Of a stretch of DNA of 64,000 nucleotides, positions 36,801-49,390 are shown piece by piece; positions within the stretch are counted from its first letter, which is position 1, and every line of letters starts with the position of its first letter. The stretch comes from Paraspadella gotoi (taxonomy: Eukaryota > Animalia > Chaetognatha): NCBI GenBank assembly GCA_051294375.1, contig CM119268.1:3251856-3315855 (forward strand). The letters run 5' to 3'. The notes under the pieces were generated by a model. It did not search any database, had not been told where the DNA came from, and saw nothing but the letters and a program-made list of their open reading frames with translations. The position numbers and the translations under genes were made by a program.

Positions 36801-39800
36801 TGCTACGGCTTAAAATATAATAATTTAAATTTTGGCCATTTAGCTGCGATGATCTCAAGCACTAGTCAACGAAATGAGACGAGAAGGTCAAACTTAAGGT
36901 GTTCAGGCTAAAAACAGCCGAGCGGCATCTACTGATACCGGGACAGAAATGGCAAAGACGAAGTGGACCAACAACGGTAATGTAAGTTTTATATCTAATC
37001 GGTACTTTTGTGATTTCGTATTATAATTAAGTAATATTTGTGATAAATCACAGATAAATATACAAACTAACTATCATAATTAATAACTAAGTAAATGAAA
37101 TTTGACTAATAACTGCACGCTGAAAGCAAATAATCAAATTGAATAAAAGCGAACAGTAATTACAAAAGTATGCTCCAAGAAACGGAAGATTGAGACGCCG
37201 AAAGACAGTTGGAAAGGCAGATATGAACTGGAAACCTATACGTTTATATTAGTATTGTGTCAAGGCTCAAGGATCCATACATGTAAAATAATGATTTTCA
37301 CGGGAGAAGTCAATAGAATTCCCGTGAGCCGGACACATAAGATTTGAGAGTCCCTGTGCGTCACTTCGCAATGGTTAAGAGAATACATATTTATTACTAG
37401 TCGCCTCGGCTCTAATTTAATGCCACCTAGCTCTCTCTCGATTTATACTGTTCATTTCATCCGTTATTAATTTATTATGAGCATTAATGCGGAAGCTAGC
37501 TTTTGAGGTTGTTTATTCTCGTTTCATATCAGATTTACATTTGTTATGTAGCTATTTTTTGATTTTTCACATACTGGGTATAGTCGAAGAAGGGAAGGGT
37601 GAGGAGGCACTGAAAAGAACGATAGTTATCCTCAGCTCTCGCCTGGGGAGCCCCGTCAACCAAGAAAACCCCGGCGAACCCCTTTTATACACCCGACCTT
37701 CTACACCCTCTTACGCACGTGAGGCGGACGAGAAGGTTAGCGACAAAAACGGACGATAACAGAAGACACGACGACAAAGGCAATTACAGTTCGCAGCGTC
37801 GTCTTACAACCTGTCACAAATGTCCAGAGGACGACGAGCACTGTGAGTAACGACTGTCTTCAGAGGTCGTTGGAGCAAGTGCGAGCCAATTCGATGCAAA
37901 TTCCTGGGTCATCTCACAGTGGTAGGAGACCTGAGAGATCAGGAAACGGAGAAAGTGATCGGTGAGGGATTTAAGGCAAGAGGGGCAGACAGCGCGTAAA
38001 GTATTACGCACGATAATATGGCACTGCTTCACACTAAACACTAAACTTATTTACTTAAAAAGATAGAACCTCTAGTGTGATAGATCGGTGAGAGGGAAGA
38101 GCATGGCTTTTAGTAAAATCTCTCCTCGTCGACACTATATGGAGGGATTTAGAGATTCGGAGTGAAAAATCAATTGTCGAGTGATATGTATACTCATCAG
38201 CGAACCAAGCAATCCGACACCCGAGAGTTTCGTAGACGTCATACTTCTCATCTCGTCAATCTATTGTATCATTCTTACATGTATACTTCGTTACTGAATT
38301 ATATCTTTGCGTCTCTGTGGGTTTCTCTATCTTCTCTCATACTTTCTCACTTCTATATATCTCTCACTTTCTGCTCTATTGGTGTCTCCGGCTCGTCTAT
38401 GTTATTAAATCGAAGAATACATACTATTAGATATAACGTTTGCAACTTGGTGCGATTCAAACAGCGAAGAACAATATTGATCTCGAAACGAGAAACGCGT
38501 ATATGGAAAACTCCAAAGTCTAAGTCCCGAGTAAACAGACTAATCCCGATTTTATGCAGTACAGGAGAGTGAAGCGAAGGGAGAAAGTCCTCTAGGAAGA
38601 GGTAATGTTGTTAAAGACGGTAAAGGGATAAGAGAGAAGTTTGACGCAATTTTTTTGATGTGAGGCCTTTTTATAATTAAGGTAGTGATGATCCAAATAT
38701 TATCATCCTTCACTTTATCTCTTTCGGATGAAGGAATTTACGCGTTTCTCTCATCTCCTCTCTCTTTCTAGCGTAAAATGACAGTGTAGAACGCCCCCCT
38801 GAGGCGATATGCAGACCCGATCACCCGAGATCCAGAGATACACCGCGTGCTTTCCCTTTGGGAGGGTGAAGGGCGGAGCTGCAGCACGGCCGACAGTCAG
38901 GCTGGCGTCGGCGGAGGAGCGATCGTCACACGAGATCACAGGGGCCGGACGAGCACGAGCGAGCAGTGACGCCTGCCGCCCGTGTACGCGTCGAGCAGCA
39001 TGACGAAGGAGCTCGGTTGGACTAGACTTCTCTACCATACAGAGAAGAGGTGTGAGGGAATAAATAGTGGGCGCGAATGGTTTGGAAAGAAACCATGAAT
39101 TCGGGACATGATAATTTGGGTGTCTTAATTTGGGTAAAAAATGAGATTTTGGTGAATTAAGTCTTGGGTTTTGAAAGTGAAACCCGTGTTTCTCATATTC
39201 ATTTAATTTATGAGTAACACCGTGGAGGGTTAATTGGAATCTAAAATTTGCAGTGAATTGGGTGTTTATTATTTCCTGTCATCCGTTATCGTTACTTATC
39301 GAGTCATTTTTTTGGCAGATGTATTCGCCATGGAGTATCGCGAAATAAGGCCATCCCAGTGGGGCAAGATTAATACGGAGAGCTAAAGTACTTTGAGCGA
39401 ACAAGGAAAGAGTGAAGGGTCGTCTCTCGAGTCCTATGGGTGTATTATACTTTGGGGGAGAGGAAAATATTTTATAGAAATTGGTTCAACTCCAATAAAC
39501 AATTATTTCAGTAATTTTCTTCAGAGGAGTCAAAATGGAATAAATTTTTAATTCAGTATTGGGATAATTTTCGTGAAAAGAACTGTCATCAAGAACATTT
39601 TAAGTTCAAGATGAGTTTTTGGATTTAGTAGATTGTTTATGACAAGAAAGTCAAAGTAATTAGAAGAAGAAACGATAAAGGTTCCGTTCGGATCATTATC
39701 TTTATGTGCCGCGAGGGAATTCTCGTTTTCCATCTTCTCTCCTTGCAATTCTTCCCAGGCTCCTCCATCTCATGTCTCACCTTCCCCTGTCTTTCAAATT

Positions 39801-40480
39801 TCTAAAATCTCTCTCTCCTCTCTCTCGCTCTCTTCCTCTCCAATCTTGGCCGTCCCGCCATCGCTCATTCTGAAAAAATTTAACAAGAAAAAGAAGAAGA
39901 GAAAAAATGGAGGATGTGAATGATGGGGAAGACTCCTCCCAATTTAGTCGAGAGATATCTTTTAAATCTTTATCTCTCCTCTCCTCTCTCTTCTTCCTTC
40001 TCTCGTCTGGTCTTCTCCTCTCCTCCTCTCTCTCTCTCTCCTCTCTTCCTACTCTTCGTCCTTCTACGGGTCGCTCACAAGTTTGAAAATTGTTTGCTCC
40101 CTCGTGCCCGGTCATTTTCCAAAGCGCATGATTTCAACAAATGACTGTCAGCAGGCGTCGTGACGTAGAGAAAGAGAGAGAAGATGGAGAGGAAAGAGAG
40201 AAGAGAGAGAACTTTTATCTGTCCGGCTATTAACCGCCTTCCCGCAGCAGGCGACTCAGCGGAACAGAGAGGCGATGAGAAAGAAGAGAGAGAGAGCGAG
40301 AGAGAAGAGAAGAGAGAGGAGAGAGAGAGAGAGAGAAGAGATATTCTCAGGCTGTAACGAATTGTAAATCGTTGTAAACAAGAGTGAAGGAGGGAAAAGA
40401 TAACATGAACGAGTAGACGGGAGGAGGAGCCAAAAGGACACTCACTCACTCTCTCTCTCTCTCTCTCATCCTCTCAACTC

Positions 40481-40523
<43 letters not shown>

Positions 40524-41357
40524 CTCTCTCTCTTCTCATCCCTCTCCCGTCTCACTCTCTCCTCCTCTCTCATCTCTCTTCTCCCTCCTTCCTCTTCCTC
40601 TAGCCCACCTCCTCCCATCTCCCGTTCGCTTCTGTTGGTATCCCCCTCTTTCCCTCTCCCTCTCTCTCTCTCTTCTCCTGTCTCTCTCTTCTCTCCTTCT
40701 AACAGTAGGTGTTATAATCCAATTCATAGAATATTAACCATTAGCCTTCTTTTCACCGGAATGGTGTACGCGATGTTGAAGCGTCTCATTCACATCTAGA
40801 TCAAATTCATTTTCCCTGATTATTTATTTTTTTCGTTTTTAATATTAATAATTTATATTAAAGTCAAGTCACAAGCTCTCCTCTTTTCCCGCCACCCGTT
40901 GCGTGCGTGGTAGACCCTGTCGCATTCGACTCAGCGTCTGCCTGTAACGACGACACTTATTCTCCTCATGCACCTCGACCACAAATCACTTTTTTCCGCC
41001 TCACGAATTCACTTTTGCTTCTTCCACGAAATTGACTGGGGCCGGGGAATGGACGGTTGATTTGAGTTTTGCTTTAGCTATTGTATTACTTACAAATAGA
41101 TAATGTAGTATTTCAAAAGCGCCTTGGAAAGAAATGCTTCATAATACTTTTTCCAAAAAAATCTGAAGTCAACTGACGAGCAACTGCAGTCGCCCTGGAC
41201 GAGTACTTTCTCATCGTTTCCTTCATACATATACTAGAAGTTTCATACTTTCTCTCTCCTCCTTTCATTCTCTCTCTCTCTCCTCTCTCCTCCTCTCTCT
41301 CTCTCTCACCTCTCTCTCTCATCTTCTTCTCTCTCTCTCTCTCTCTCTCCCGTTCAG

Positions 41358-41627
41358 CCATCGTGGTGAATGTTGAATTACGACGTCGAAGAAGACGATG
41401 ATGAAAGCGAGGACGACGACGACCGACGACGACGCTAATCACCTGTTCGGAATATCCATTTCCGGTCACGTGACCAAAATGCGCGTCCTGAATAGATCTC
41501 CCGAGAAAGTGATTTGTCGTCCCGGCTGGGGTTGTTGTCGTCGTCGTGTAGTCGTTCGTCGTCGGTCGTCGTTGGCATTCTTGTTGAAGCAAAACGCATC
41601 ATGGGAACTCGCGCTTCGGACATGTGA
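41358..41627 (+). CDS. Candidate acidic/Ser-rich terminal exon of an unidentified gene (possible upstream exons at ~40890-41055 and ~41117-41203)
   Basis: (CT)n tract then CCCGTTCAG|; reads ...NYDVEEDDDESEDDDD...ISGHVT...IMGTRASDM-TGA when indels are allowed. An inverted copy lies at 49090-49338. Confidence 0.3.
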
Positions 41628-41883
41628 TGCAATCTTCCAGACTTTCTTCAATTTTTTTGTGCAATCGTAGAAACTGGAATTATGAATATATATCGATATC
41701 TATTAGATATCTATTAAAAACGGAAAAGAAAGTAATCTAACCTGGTCGTGTGGATGCACCCTCTATTTCCAGAAGACAAACTAGCCCATCCAAACAGTAA
41801 ATAATATTAATATTTGAATATTTAGACAAATATATTTTAAGCAAATAAATGAAATCATAAATAATAGTTATTTTAAATAAAAA

Positions 41884-44541
41884 CAAGTTTGAGCAAACAA
41901 TGCGGATCTGCCTACGATAATTAATTAATTAATTAATTAAATAAATTAATTAATTTATTAATTAATTAATTAATTAATTAATATATATTTATATTCAGCT
42001 TGTCAAAATCAGTCGATGGTCCTTAAAATGAGTTTAGGACAGTTTTAATGTTTTGTTTACATTTTATTCAAACAAACAAATATCCTCTATTATCTATTTT
42101 CGGTTTAGCTTTCGGTCTCCGCTTTTTTGCAACATGTCTGAAAGTGTTATATATAGGGAGTTGAATTTTCAATAATGGCTTCTAATCATCAAGATCTTGA
42201 AAAATTCTTCATGTTTCATATCAATATTGGTATTTGTTTAATGTTTTATTTACAAAACAAAAACGTTTTAATTTATATGTTCGCTCTCTCTCTCTATCTT
42301 TTTCTCCGCACGCTCTTCTAATCTCAGAAAACGAGTTCCGCTTCTGCAGCGTCTGTTCCACTTCTTTCCTCTCTCTCTCTCTCTCTCTTTTAATTATTAT
42401 ATATATCGCTCTTTTTTCTCTTTCTCTTTTCTCTGCCAGCGGCTGTCTCTCTCTCTCGTCTTTTTTTCTCTCTCTCTCTCTGTCTCTCTGTCTCTCTGTG
42501 TGTGTCTGCCCTATCTGTCCGATCTCTTGGTTGATCGGTTGTTTGTTTGAAAAAAATTCTGATTATTTTTTTTCCTTCTAAAACCTTTTATTACTTGCCA
42601 TTTATTCCGGTCGCTTTTTTCAATACAAAATCCCATATTTTCCGATTCCGAGAATTTTCGTGGATTTTATTCTCTTTCATTTCTCGTCCTCTCTTCTCTC
42701 TCGCATCTCTTCTCCTTCTTCTTCTTCTCGTCCCTCTCCCTCCTCTTCTCCCTCTCTTTCTCTCTCTCTCTCATTTCTTTCTCTTCTGTCATCTCTCTCT
42801 CTCTCTCTCTCTCTTCACTCATACACGCATTTGTTTGTTTTATTGACTATCATCGCAGTCAAGTGAATGACAAATCACGCATCAATGAAGACAATCAATC
42901 GCATCACTGAATGACTATGCATCACATTGCAGTGAATGACTATCATCGCATCAATAATTGATTATCATCGAATCAATAATCAATTCCTATACACAATAAT
43001 TATATTACATCACAATGTATTACCTCAATCAATTACTAGTAATGTCAACATTCGTTATCGCATGATTCATTCGTTTTTCCCGGTTTTTTTTCATCTAATT
43101 GTTCTCTAATAATAGTGGCTCTGGCTCGATCCTTGTAGTCTTTTAAAGATTTTTTTATTTTATGTCTCCTTCTCTCTCTCTCTCTCTCTTCGACTCTCTC
43201 CCTCTTCTCTCTCACTCTCTCTGCTCTCTCTCTCATTCCTCTCTTCTCTCTCTCTTCTCTCTCTTTTTATGCAATAGCGACGATCCATATGCTTTTTAAA
43301 GATTTTTTTAACTTGCATCATTTTTTTCAACACTTCATAATTTTTTTCAACCTTGCATCCCGTCAAAAACTTTATATGCTAGCTTCTTCACTCACTTTCC
43401 TACCTGCTTCAACAATTTGCAATTCAATCTATCAATGTTACAAATAATAAAAAGATTCAAGTAAATGTGAACTCATATTTTTTTCATTTAAACTCATTCC
43501 ACTGGACGTTTCCACTGAAACTTTATATCAGCTAGTCATACGTTTTCCTACCACATCACAAAATTTCAAACTCCAAGTCATCGCATCCAATTATGATTAA
43601 TTGGAGTTATTTTTAATTGTTAAAATAAGTAAAAAGATTTTAAGTAAATTCGACGTATGTTTTTCCATTTAACTAATTTCCACTTTCACACGAGTTCCAT
43701 CGAAATTTTTTATATCCAGCTATTATTCACACACTTTCCTACCCACCACAAAATTTAATTCCAATCCAAACCAGCAATCACGACGTTATTGGAGCTTTTT
43801 TGCTAAGATGGACGGATGGACGGATTGATTGACTAATAAATTAAATTATTGATTAATTTATTTACTAATTGATTAATTAACTTGATTAATTATTTTGATT
43901 TATTATACATCCTGCAGATACATTTATATATAAAAAGGAAAGAAGCATAATCAATTAGTAAAAAAGGTTTTTTGTTTTTTTTTCCATTTAAATCATTTCC
44001 CCACTCTAAACTATTCCATCGAAACTTGATTCCTGTTCAATCACACACTTCCCTTACCCACATACAAAATTCCAGGTCAATCAGCCCATCCACTCATGAG
44101 CAATTGGTGTTTCAATAGTGAATATATTTTTTTTGTTTTTCATTTAAAAACATCATTTTCCACTCGGACGATTCCATACGAAACTTAATATCTCAGCTCA
44201 ATCACACACTTACCCTACTCCACACACAAAATTTCATTATCCATCCATCCAATTCACGGTAATTGGTGTTTTGCTAAGGTGGCACGACGGAGGAGCGGAT
44301 CGGACGGACGGACCCGGACGGAGCGGACGGACGGACGACGGACGGACGGACACGGACGGACGGACGGACGGACGGACAGACAGAACGGACGGACGGACAT
44401 CATTTTTTTTTTGCATAATTTATCATAATTTCGATGTTCTGAACATGATATAAGTGGTGCCCAGACAATATTGAGGGGGCGGAACCGACGGACCGAAAAG
44501 TGATTTATAGAGGTCGGGATCTGTGATAAGCAGATCCGACT
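41884..44541 (-). mobile_element. Full-length non-autonomous Helentron (HINE / DINE-1-like), ~2.66 kb
   Basis: Given in + coordinates: subTIR GCAGATCCG (44530-44538) with adjacent inverted partner GTCGGGATCTG (44513-44523); (ACGG)n/(GTCC)n tract 44286-44399; degenerate central tandem repeats ~43360-44280; opposite subTIR CGGATCTGC (41903-41911); terminal hairpin GTTTG-AG-CAAAC (41887-41898). Inserted in an A/T run with no TSD; uninterrupted flanks occur at 48811-48840 and 33731-33760. Confidence 0.85.
42845..43040. repeat. Degenerate ~22-bp minisatellite inside the HINE
   Basis: TGAATGACTATCATCGCATCA-like units. Confidence 0.7.
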
Positions 44542-44800
44542 AAAATCAAATAAATAAAATAATAAAATAAGTAAAAATAAGTACAAGTAATTTTCATATA
44601 TATTTAACTATGTCGATTTAGTTTATTATGTGAGATTCACTTAAATTGAACTTGCTCCATTGTGATATCATTCGATTACTTACTTTACTTTACGAAAATC
44701 GTTGTATAAATTTTTCACGAGCCGTAAGGAATTGCCTCATTCGTTGTTGGGGGCAAATAATGCAAACGAATCATCAATATTTATATCTGTAACTCATTAC

Positions 44801-45724
44801 TTATAAACCAATGGATCTATCCAATTCTTCGACTTCCCAAGCATTTCTTTCCATCAACCAATGATCCATCAATCCCGCCAGAATCTCTCCAGCATCTCGA
44901 ACTCCTTTCAGTCCCTCTGCCCACGAACCGGCCTCAGACCTTCCTCTCTTCGGCCGGCCAAAAGTGAATTTTTTTTCTCCTAAAAACCTTTGATGATTGT
45001 AAAAACAAAAAGCGCCGGCAAGTCCGCAAGGTAGGAAACTTGAAAGGTGGCGAGCTTTTGAAGGCGACAGTCGGGTCAAGTCGGTCGTAAATCAGCTTTC
45101 TATAAATTAAAAATGACGAAAAAAAGAAAACGACGAAAATAATTTAAGCGAAAATTAGCAACAATCAGGCAGCATCAAAGCAGTAAAATCAAGCAGCTTC
45201 CGCAGCTCAGGAAAGCAGATTCAGTAGCCTCTCAGTAAGATTTCAGCTGTATCAGCGCAGCAAAGGTTCAGCAGCCGCAAGTAATGGACGTCCTCCGTGG
45301 GTCGGTCAGTCGGATTTTGAGGATCGCGTCGACTCGCGAGGTCATATGAGGTCGTTAGTGTCATAACGACAAATCGCCGAAGGTCAATCAGACTCGGGGT
45401 CGGTCCGGATGAGAAGGCCGGAAGGGGAGGGGGGGACAAAATCCAGTTGGGTCCAAATGACAACGAAAGGTACAAAGAGCGACGGGCAGAGGACTGAATG
45501 TGACACATACTATGAGGGAGCGAATGGTAAAGGACAATGAGAAATCTGGCAAAGACGGGAGAAGGGCGGATAAAGAGTGGAGAATAGATAGGACAAAGAT
45601 CGGACAAAAGTTCTGTACTTAGCGAATCGAAATTTGGGCGGAACGAGCTCAGCTATCGAGGACACCGCAAAGCGATATTTAATAGATGTTATGTAAATGT
45701 TAGCAGGTATTTAGAGATCTCAAA
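44801..45724 (-). CDS. Third, inverted noisy copy of the candidate LRR-like exon
   Basis: Reverse complement of 47657-48568; ORF-track pieces 45221-45607 and 44801-45079 contain SLYLSLSFGP, SLIDLRRF and ERNAWEVEELDRSIGL*. Confidence 0.38.
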
Positions 45725-45788
45725 CTGTGTGCAGAGAGGAAGAAAGTGAGAAAGCAAAAGAAGAGAGAGAGAGAAAGAGTGAGAGAGA

Positions 45789-45837
<49 letters not shown>

Positions 45838-45960
45838 TGCGCGTTAGGAAAGCCAGGTAAACTCTTTATGGCGCTTGGTTGATACTGCCTTCACGGAACT
45901 TGAAACTCTCACCAGCCTCCGAGTCACGACGCCAGAGCAACGATTTGTTAAGTCGAACGA

Positions 45961-46240
45961 ACAGTTGCCCTTAAATGAATCAAGTCAAAAGTCTTAGGGC
46001 CGCACGGTTACCCTAAAATGAATCAAGTCAAAAGTCTTAGGGCCGCATTGTTGCCCTAAAATGAATCAGGTCAGAAATTTTAGTTTCGCATAGTTGCCCT
46101 TAAATGAGTCAAGTCAGAAATCTTAGTTCCTCATAGTTGCCCTGAAAAGAATCAAGTCAGAAATTTTACTGCAGCACAGTTGCCCTTAAATGAATCTTCT
46201 CAGAAATCCTAGTGTCGCAGAGTTGCCTTCAAATGAGTTT
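45961..46240. repeat. 43-bp minisatellite, ~6.5 copies
   Basis: GTTGCCCTTAAATGAATCAAGTCAGAAA... starts at 45964, 46007, 46050, 46093, 46136, 46179 and 46222. Confidence 0.92.
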
Positions 46241-46495
46241 TGCCCAAACTCCGTTAATAAGTAAGTTAATCAAAGATTTTAAGCAATATTCTCAATGCGG
46301 TGAACCCAGTTGCTCTAAAAAAATGGCAAAATGTGAGGGAAAGAGAGTTTTATGGGTTTAAAGAAAAGAGCAGTTCAACGTGCCATACTGAGCTGGGTTC
46401 CATAAATAACGACGGTAATTAGCATAATTTTCAAATTCGTAGAAAAAGTCCAAATTTGCTCACTTTTCATNNNNNNNNNNNNNNNNNNNNNNNNN

Positions 46496-46690
46496 TTGGT
46501 TTGAGTTAGCCCCGATTTTTTCCGGGATAACATCAGACCCAAATGTGGAGAATCCGCTCGAAGTTTTCGTTCTTCACGAGATACCAGAGCCTAGGAAATC
46601 CTGGCCGACGTTGCCGACTGCGGATGCGGGGCCGCGCCGTCTTGTTCTGGATGGCGGCGAAAATTCGGAAATGTTGAACAAATTTTTTTT
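46496..46690 (-). pseudogene. Third, frameshifted partial copy of FABP exon 1
   Basis: Direct copy of ~31425-31630 with deletions (shared tag GAAGTTTTCGTTCTTCACGAGATACCAG); truncated by the 25-N gap. Confidence 0.8.
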
Positions 46691-47543
46691 CATTCGTTTT
46701 AATTTTAAATTCGAGTAACGATGTGAGATAAAGAGGTTGTATTTGTATTTTATTTTATTTATAATAAATTATTTATTTTTTACATGTGAATTGATCGTTT
46801 TTCTCTCATAAAAAATGAACGTGAAATTTATAAGTAACCAGTTTTTATGTCTAAAATTGTGAAATCATTTTGTGTTACCACTTAACCAAGCATTAAATTA
46901 GTCAAATTTTAACGACAAGATAACTTAGTTGACCCAAAGTGATTTACAGGTTCATATTTCACGCCAATCATCGGATTTATCTTCCTAGTTTCATATTCAT
47001 CATCATCATCTATCATCTCATCATCATCATCACGATCATCCGATCAATCAACAACAACAATCATCATCACAGTTATAAGATTTTTTTCTCTTAGAATTAT
47101 TTTCAATTTTTTTTCGGTTTCTCAAAAATAGTATGTATCTTCACACCGACTAACAACCAAACAACAACAACAAAAACGCAGCTAAAGCAAACTTGTTAGC
47201 GGAAAATTTTCAAAGAATAGTCTCGTTATTTAATCTGGTTTCCAAGAATCGGACGACAACAAACTGAAACTTTGCTTGCGAGGGACGCCTCAGAACGGAC
47301 GTTAGTGAGAAACTAAGAAAATATTTGTGAACTTGACTTAAATTAATGAAAAGAAATCATGAATTGGAGAAGCACGGATATATCGCCTCAATATAATATT
47401 TAATTTCATTAGACTATACTATTACCTTAAAGAAACGGAAAAGAGAATTATCTATATAATTAAAATAAAAAATTACTTAGCAAAAAAAAAAAAAAAACTT
47501 TTCTTTCCATATGATTTACGACTCACACCTGCTTTCTAGCGCA

Positions 47544-47589
<46 letters not shown>

Positions 47590-47656
47590 TCTCTTACTTT
47601 CTCTCCTCTCTACTTTCTTCTCTCATCTTCTCCTTTCCTCTCTGCTCCCTTCACAG

Positions 47657-48568
47657 TTATGAGATCTCTAAATACCATGCTAACATTCTATAACATCTAT
47701 TAAATATCGTACTTTGCGGCTGTCCTCGATATCTAGTTCGTTCCGCCCAAATTCGATTCGCTAAGTACACGACTTTGTCCGATGCCTTTGTCCTATCTAT
47801 TCTCCCGCTCTTTATCCGCCCTTCTCCCGTCTTTGTCCTAGAGTTTCTCATTGTCCTTTACCATTCGCTCCTCATAGTAGCGTCACATCTGCAGTCCTTC
47901 TGCCCGTCGCTCTATTGTACCTTTCGTTGTCATTTGGACCCTATCTAGGACTTTGTCCCCCCTCCCCTTCGGCCTTCTCATCGGCCGCGATCGCTCCGGC
48001 CTCTGATTGAACCTTCGGCATTTGTCGTTTGACCTAACGACCTCAATGATCCTCGCGGTCGACGCGTATCCTCAAAATCAACTGACCGACCCCGGATGGA
48101 ACTCCATTACTGCGGCTGCGACCTTTGCTGCGCTGATCAGCTGAAATCTTACTGATGAGGCTACTTGAATCTGCTTTCCTGACGCTGCGGAAGCTGCTAT
48201 TTTACGTTTGATGCTCCTGATTGATGCTAATTTTTCGCATTAAATTATTCGTCGTTTCTTTTTCGTGCATTTTTAATATAGAAAGCTGATTACGACGACT
48301 TGACCCGACTGTCGCCTTCAAAGCCGCCACCTTTCCAGTTTCCTACCTTGCGGACTTGCCGCGCTTTTTGTTTGTTCAATCATCAGGTTTTTAGGAGAAA
48401 AAAATTCACTTTTGGCGTGCCGAAAGAAGGCTGACCGTGTTTGTGGCAGAGGGACTAGAAAGGAGTCGAATGCTGCAGAGAGAAATGCTGGCGGGGATTG
48501 ATGGATCATGGTTGAAGGAAGAGAAATGCTTGGGAAGATCGAAGAATGATAGATCATGTGGTTTATAA
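47657..48568 (+). CDS. Candidate ~0.9-kb terminal exon of a leucine-rich-repeat (F-box/LRR-like) protein; frameshifted by sequence noise
   Basis: Follows a (CT)n tract ending CCCTTCACAG|. A by-eye consensus of three copies gives LRR-like motifs (LCPSLIVLSLSF, LIDLRHLSL, AFPxLRKLL) and ends ...NAWEIEELDRSxGL-TAA. Confidence 0.4.
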
Positions 48569-49089
48569 GTAATTGCAGTTACAAATAAAATTGATGATTC
48601 GTATATGCTATTTTCCCCCAACAACGAAATGAGGGCAATTCTTACGGGGTGAAAAATTTATACACGATTTTCGTAAAGTAAAGTAAGTTAATCGAATGAT
48701 TATCACCAATGGAGCAAGTTCAATTTAAGTGAATCTCACATAATTAACTATCGACATAGTTAATATATATGAAAATTACTTGTTTCACTATTTTTACCTA
48801 TTTATTTATTTTATTTATTGATATTTTTTATTTAAAATAACTATTATTTATGATTTCATTTATTTATTAAAATATATTTGTCTAAAATATTCAAATATAA
48901 TATTATTTATCTGTTTGGGATGGGGACGTTAGTGTTGTCTTCTGGAAATAGAGGGTGCATCCACACGACACAAGGTTAGATTACTTTCTTTTCCAGTTTT
49001 CTAATAGATATCTAATAGATATATATATATCATAATTTCCAGTTCTTCTAACGATTGCAAAAAAAATTGAGAAAGTCTGGAAGATTGCA

Positions 49090-49338
49090 TCACATGTCCG
49101 AAGCGCGAGTTCCCATGATGGTTTTGTTCACAATGAATGCCAACGACGACGACGACGACGACGACGACGACAACAACCCCGCGGACGACAATCACTTTCT
49201 CCGGGGACTCTTTCAAGGACGCGCATTTGAGTCACGTGACCGGAATGGAATATTCCGAACAGGTGATTTCGTCGTCGTCGTCCTCGCTTTATTCATCGTC
49301 TTCTTCGACGTCGTAATTCACATTCCACAACGATTGGC
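49090..49338 (-). CDS. Inverted copy of the candidate acidic terminal exon
   Basis: Reverse complement of 41358-41627; acceptor CTCCAG| after (CT)n; ends LSSSSSSSSSSLAFIVNKTIMGTRASDM*. Confidence 0.3.
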
Positions 49339-49339
49339 C

Positions 49340-49390
<51 letters not shown>

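Larger units (their letters stand above)
39440..45860. repeat. Left arm of a large inverted duplication (partner 47510-51285); contains the HINE insertion absent from the partner
   Basis: 39440-40350 is the reverse complement of 50324-51285, 40750-41883 of 48826-49970, and 44542-45860 of 47510-48826. Differences are mostly 1-nt indels. Confidence 0.9.

Noticed and set aside
45961-46240. CRISPR-like appearance of the 43-bp array
   Set aside because: The variable parts are only ~15 bp and related to each other, not unique spacers; there are no cas genes and the context is eukaryotic.
27283-46690. A three-member FABP gene cluster
   Set aside because: The extra copies are partial, end at gaps or chimeric junctions and differ mainly by random indels; better explained as redundant noisy sequence of one locus.
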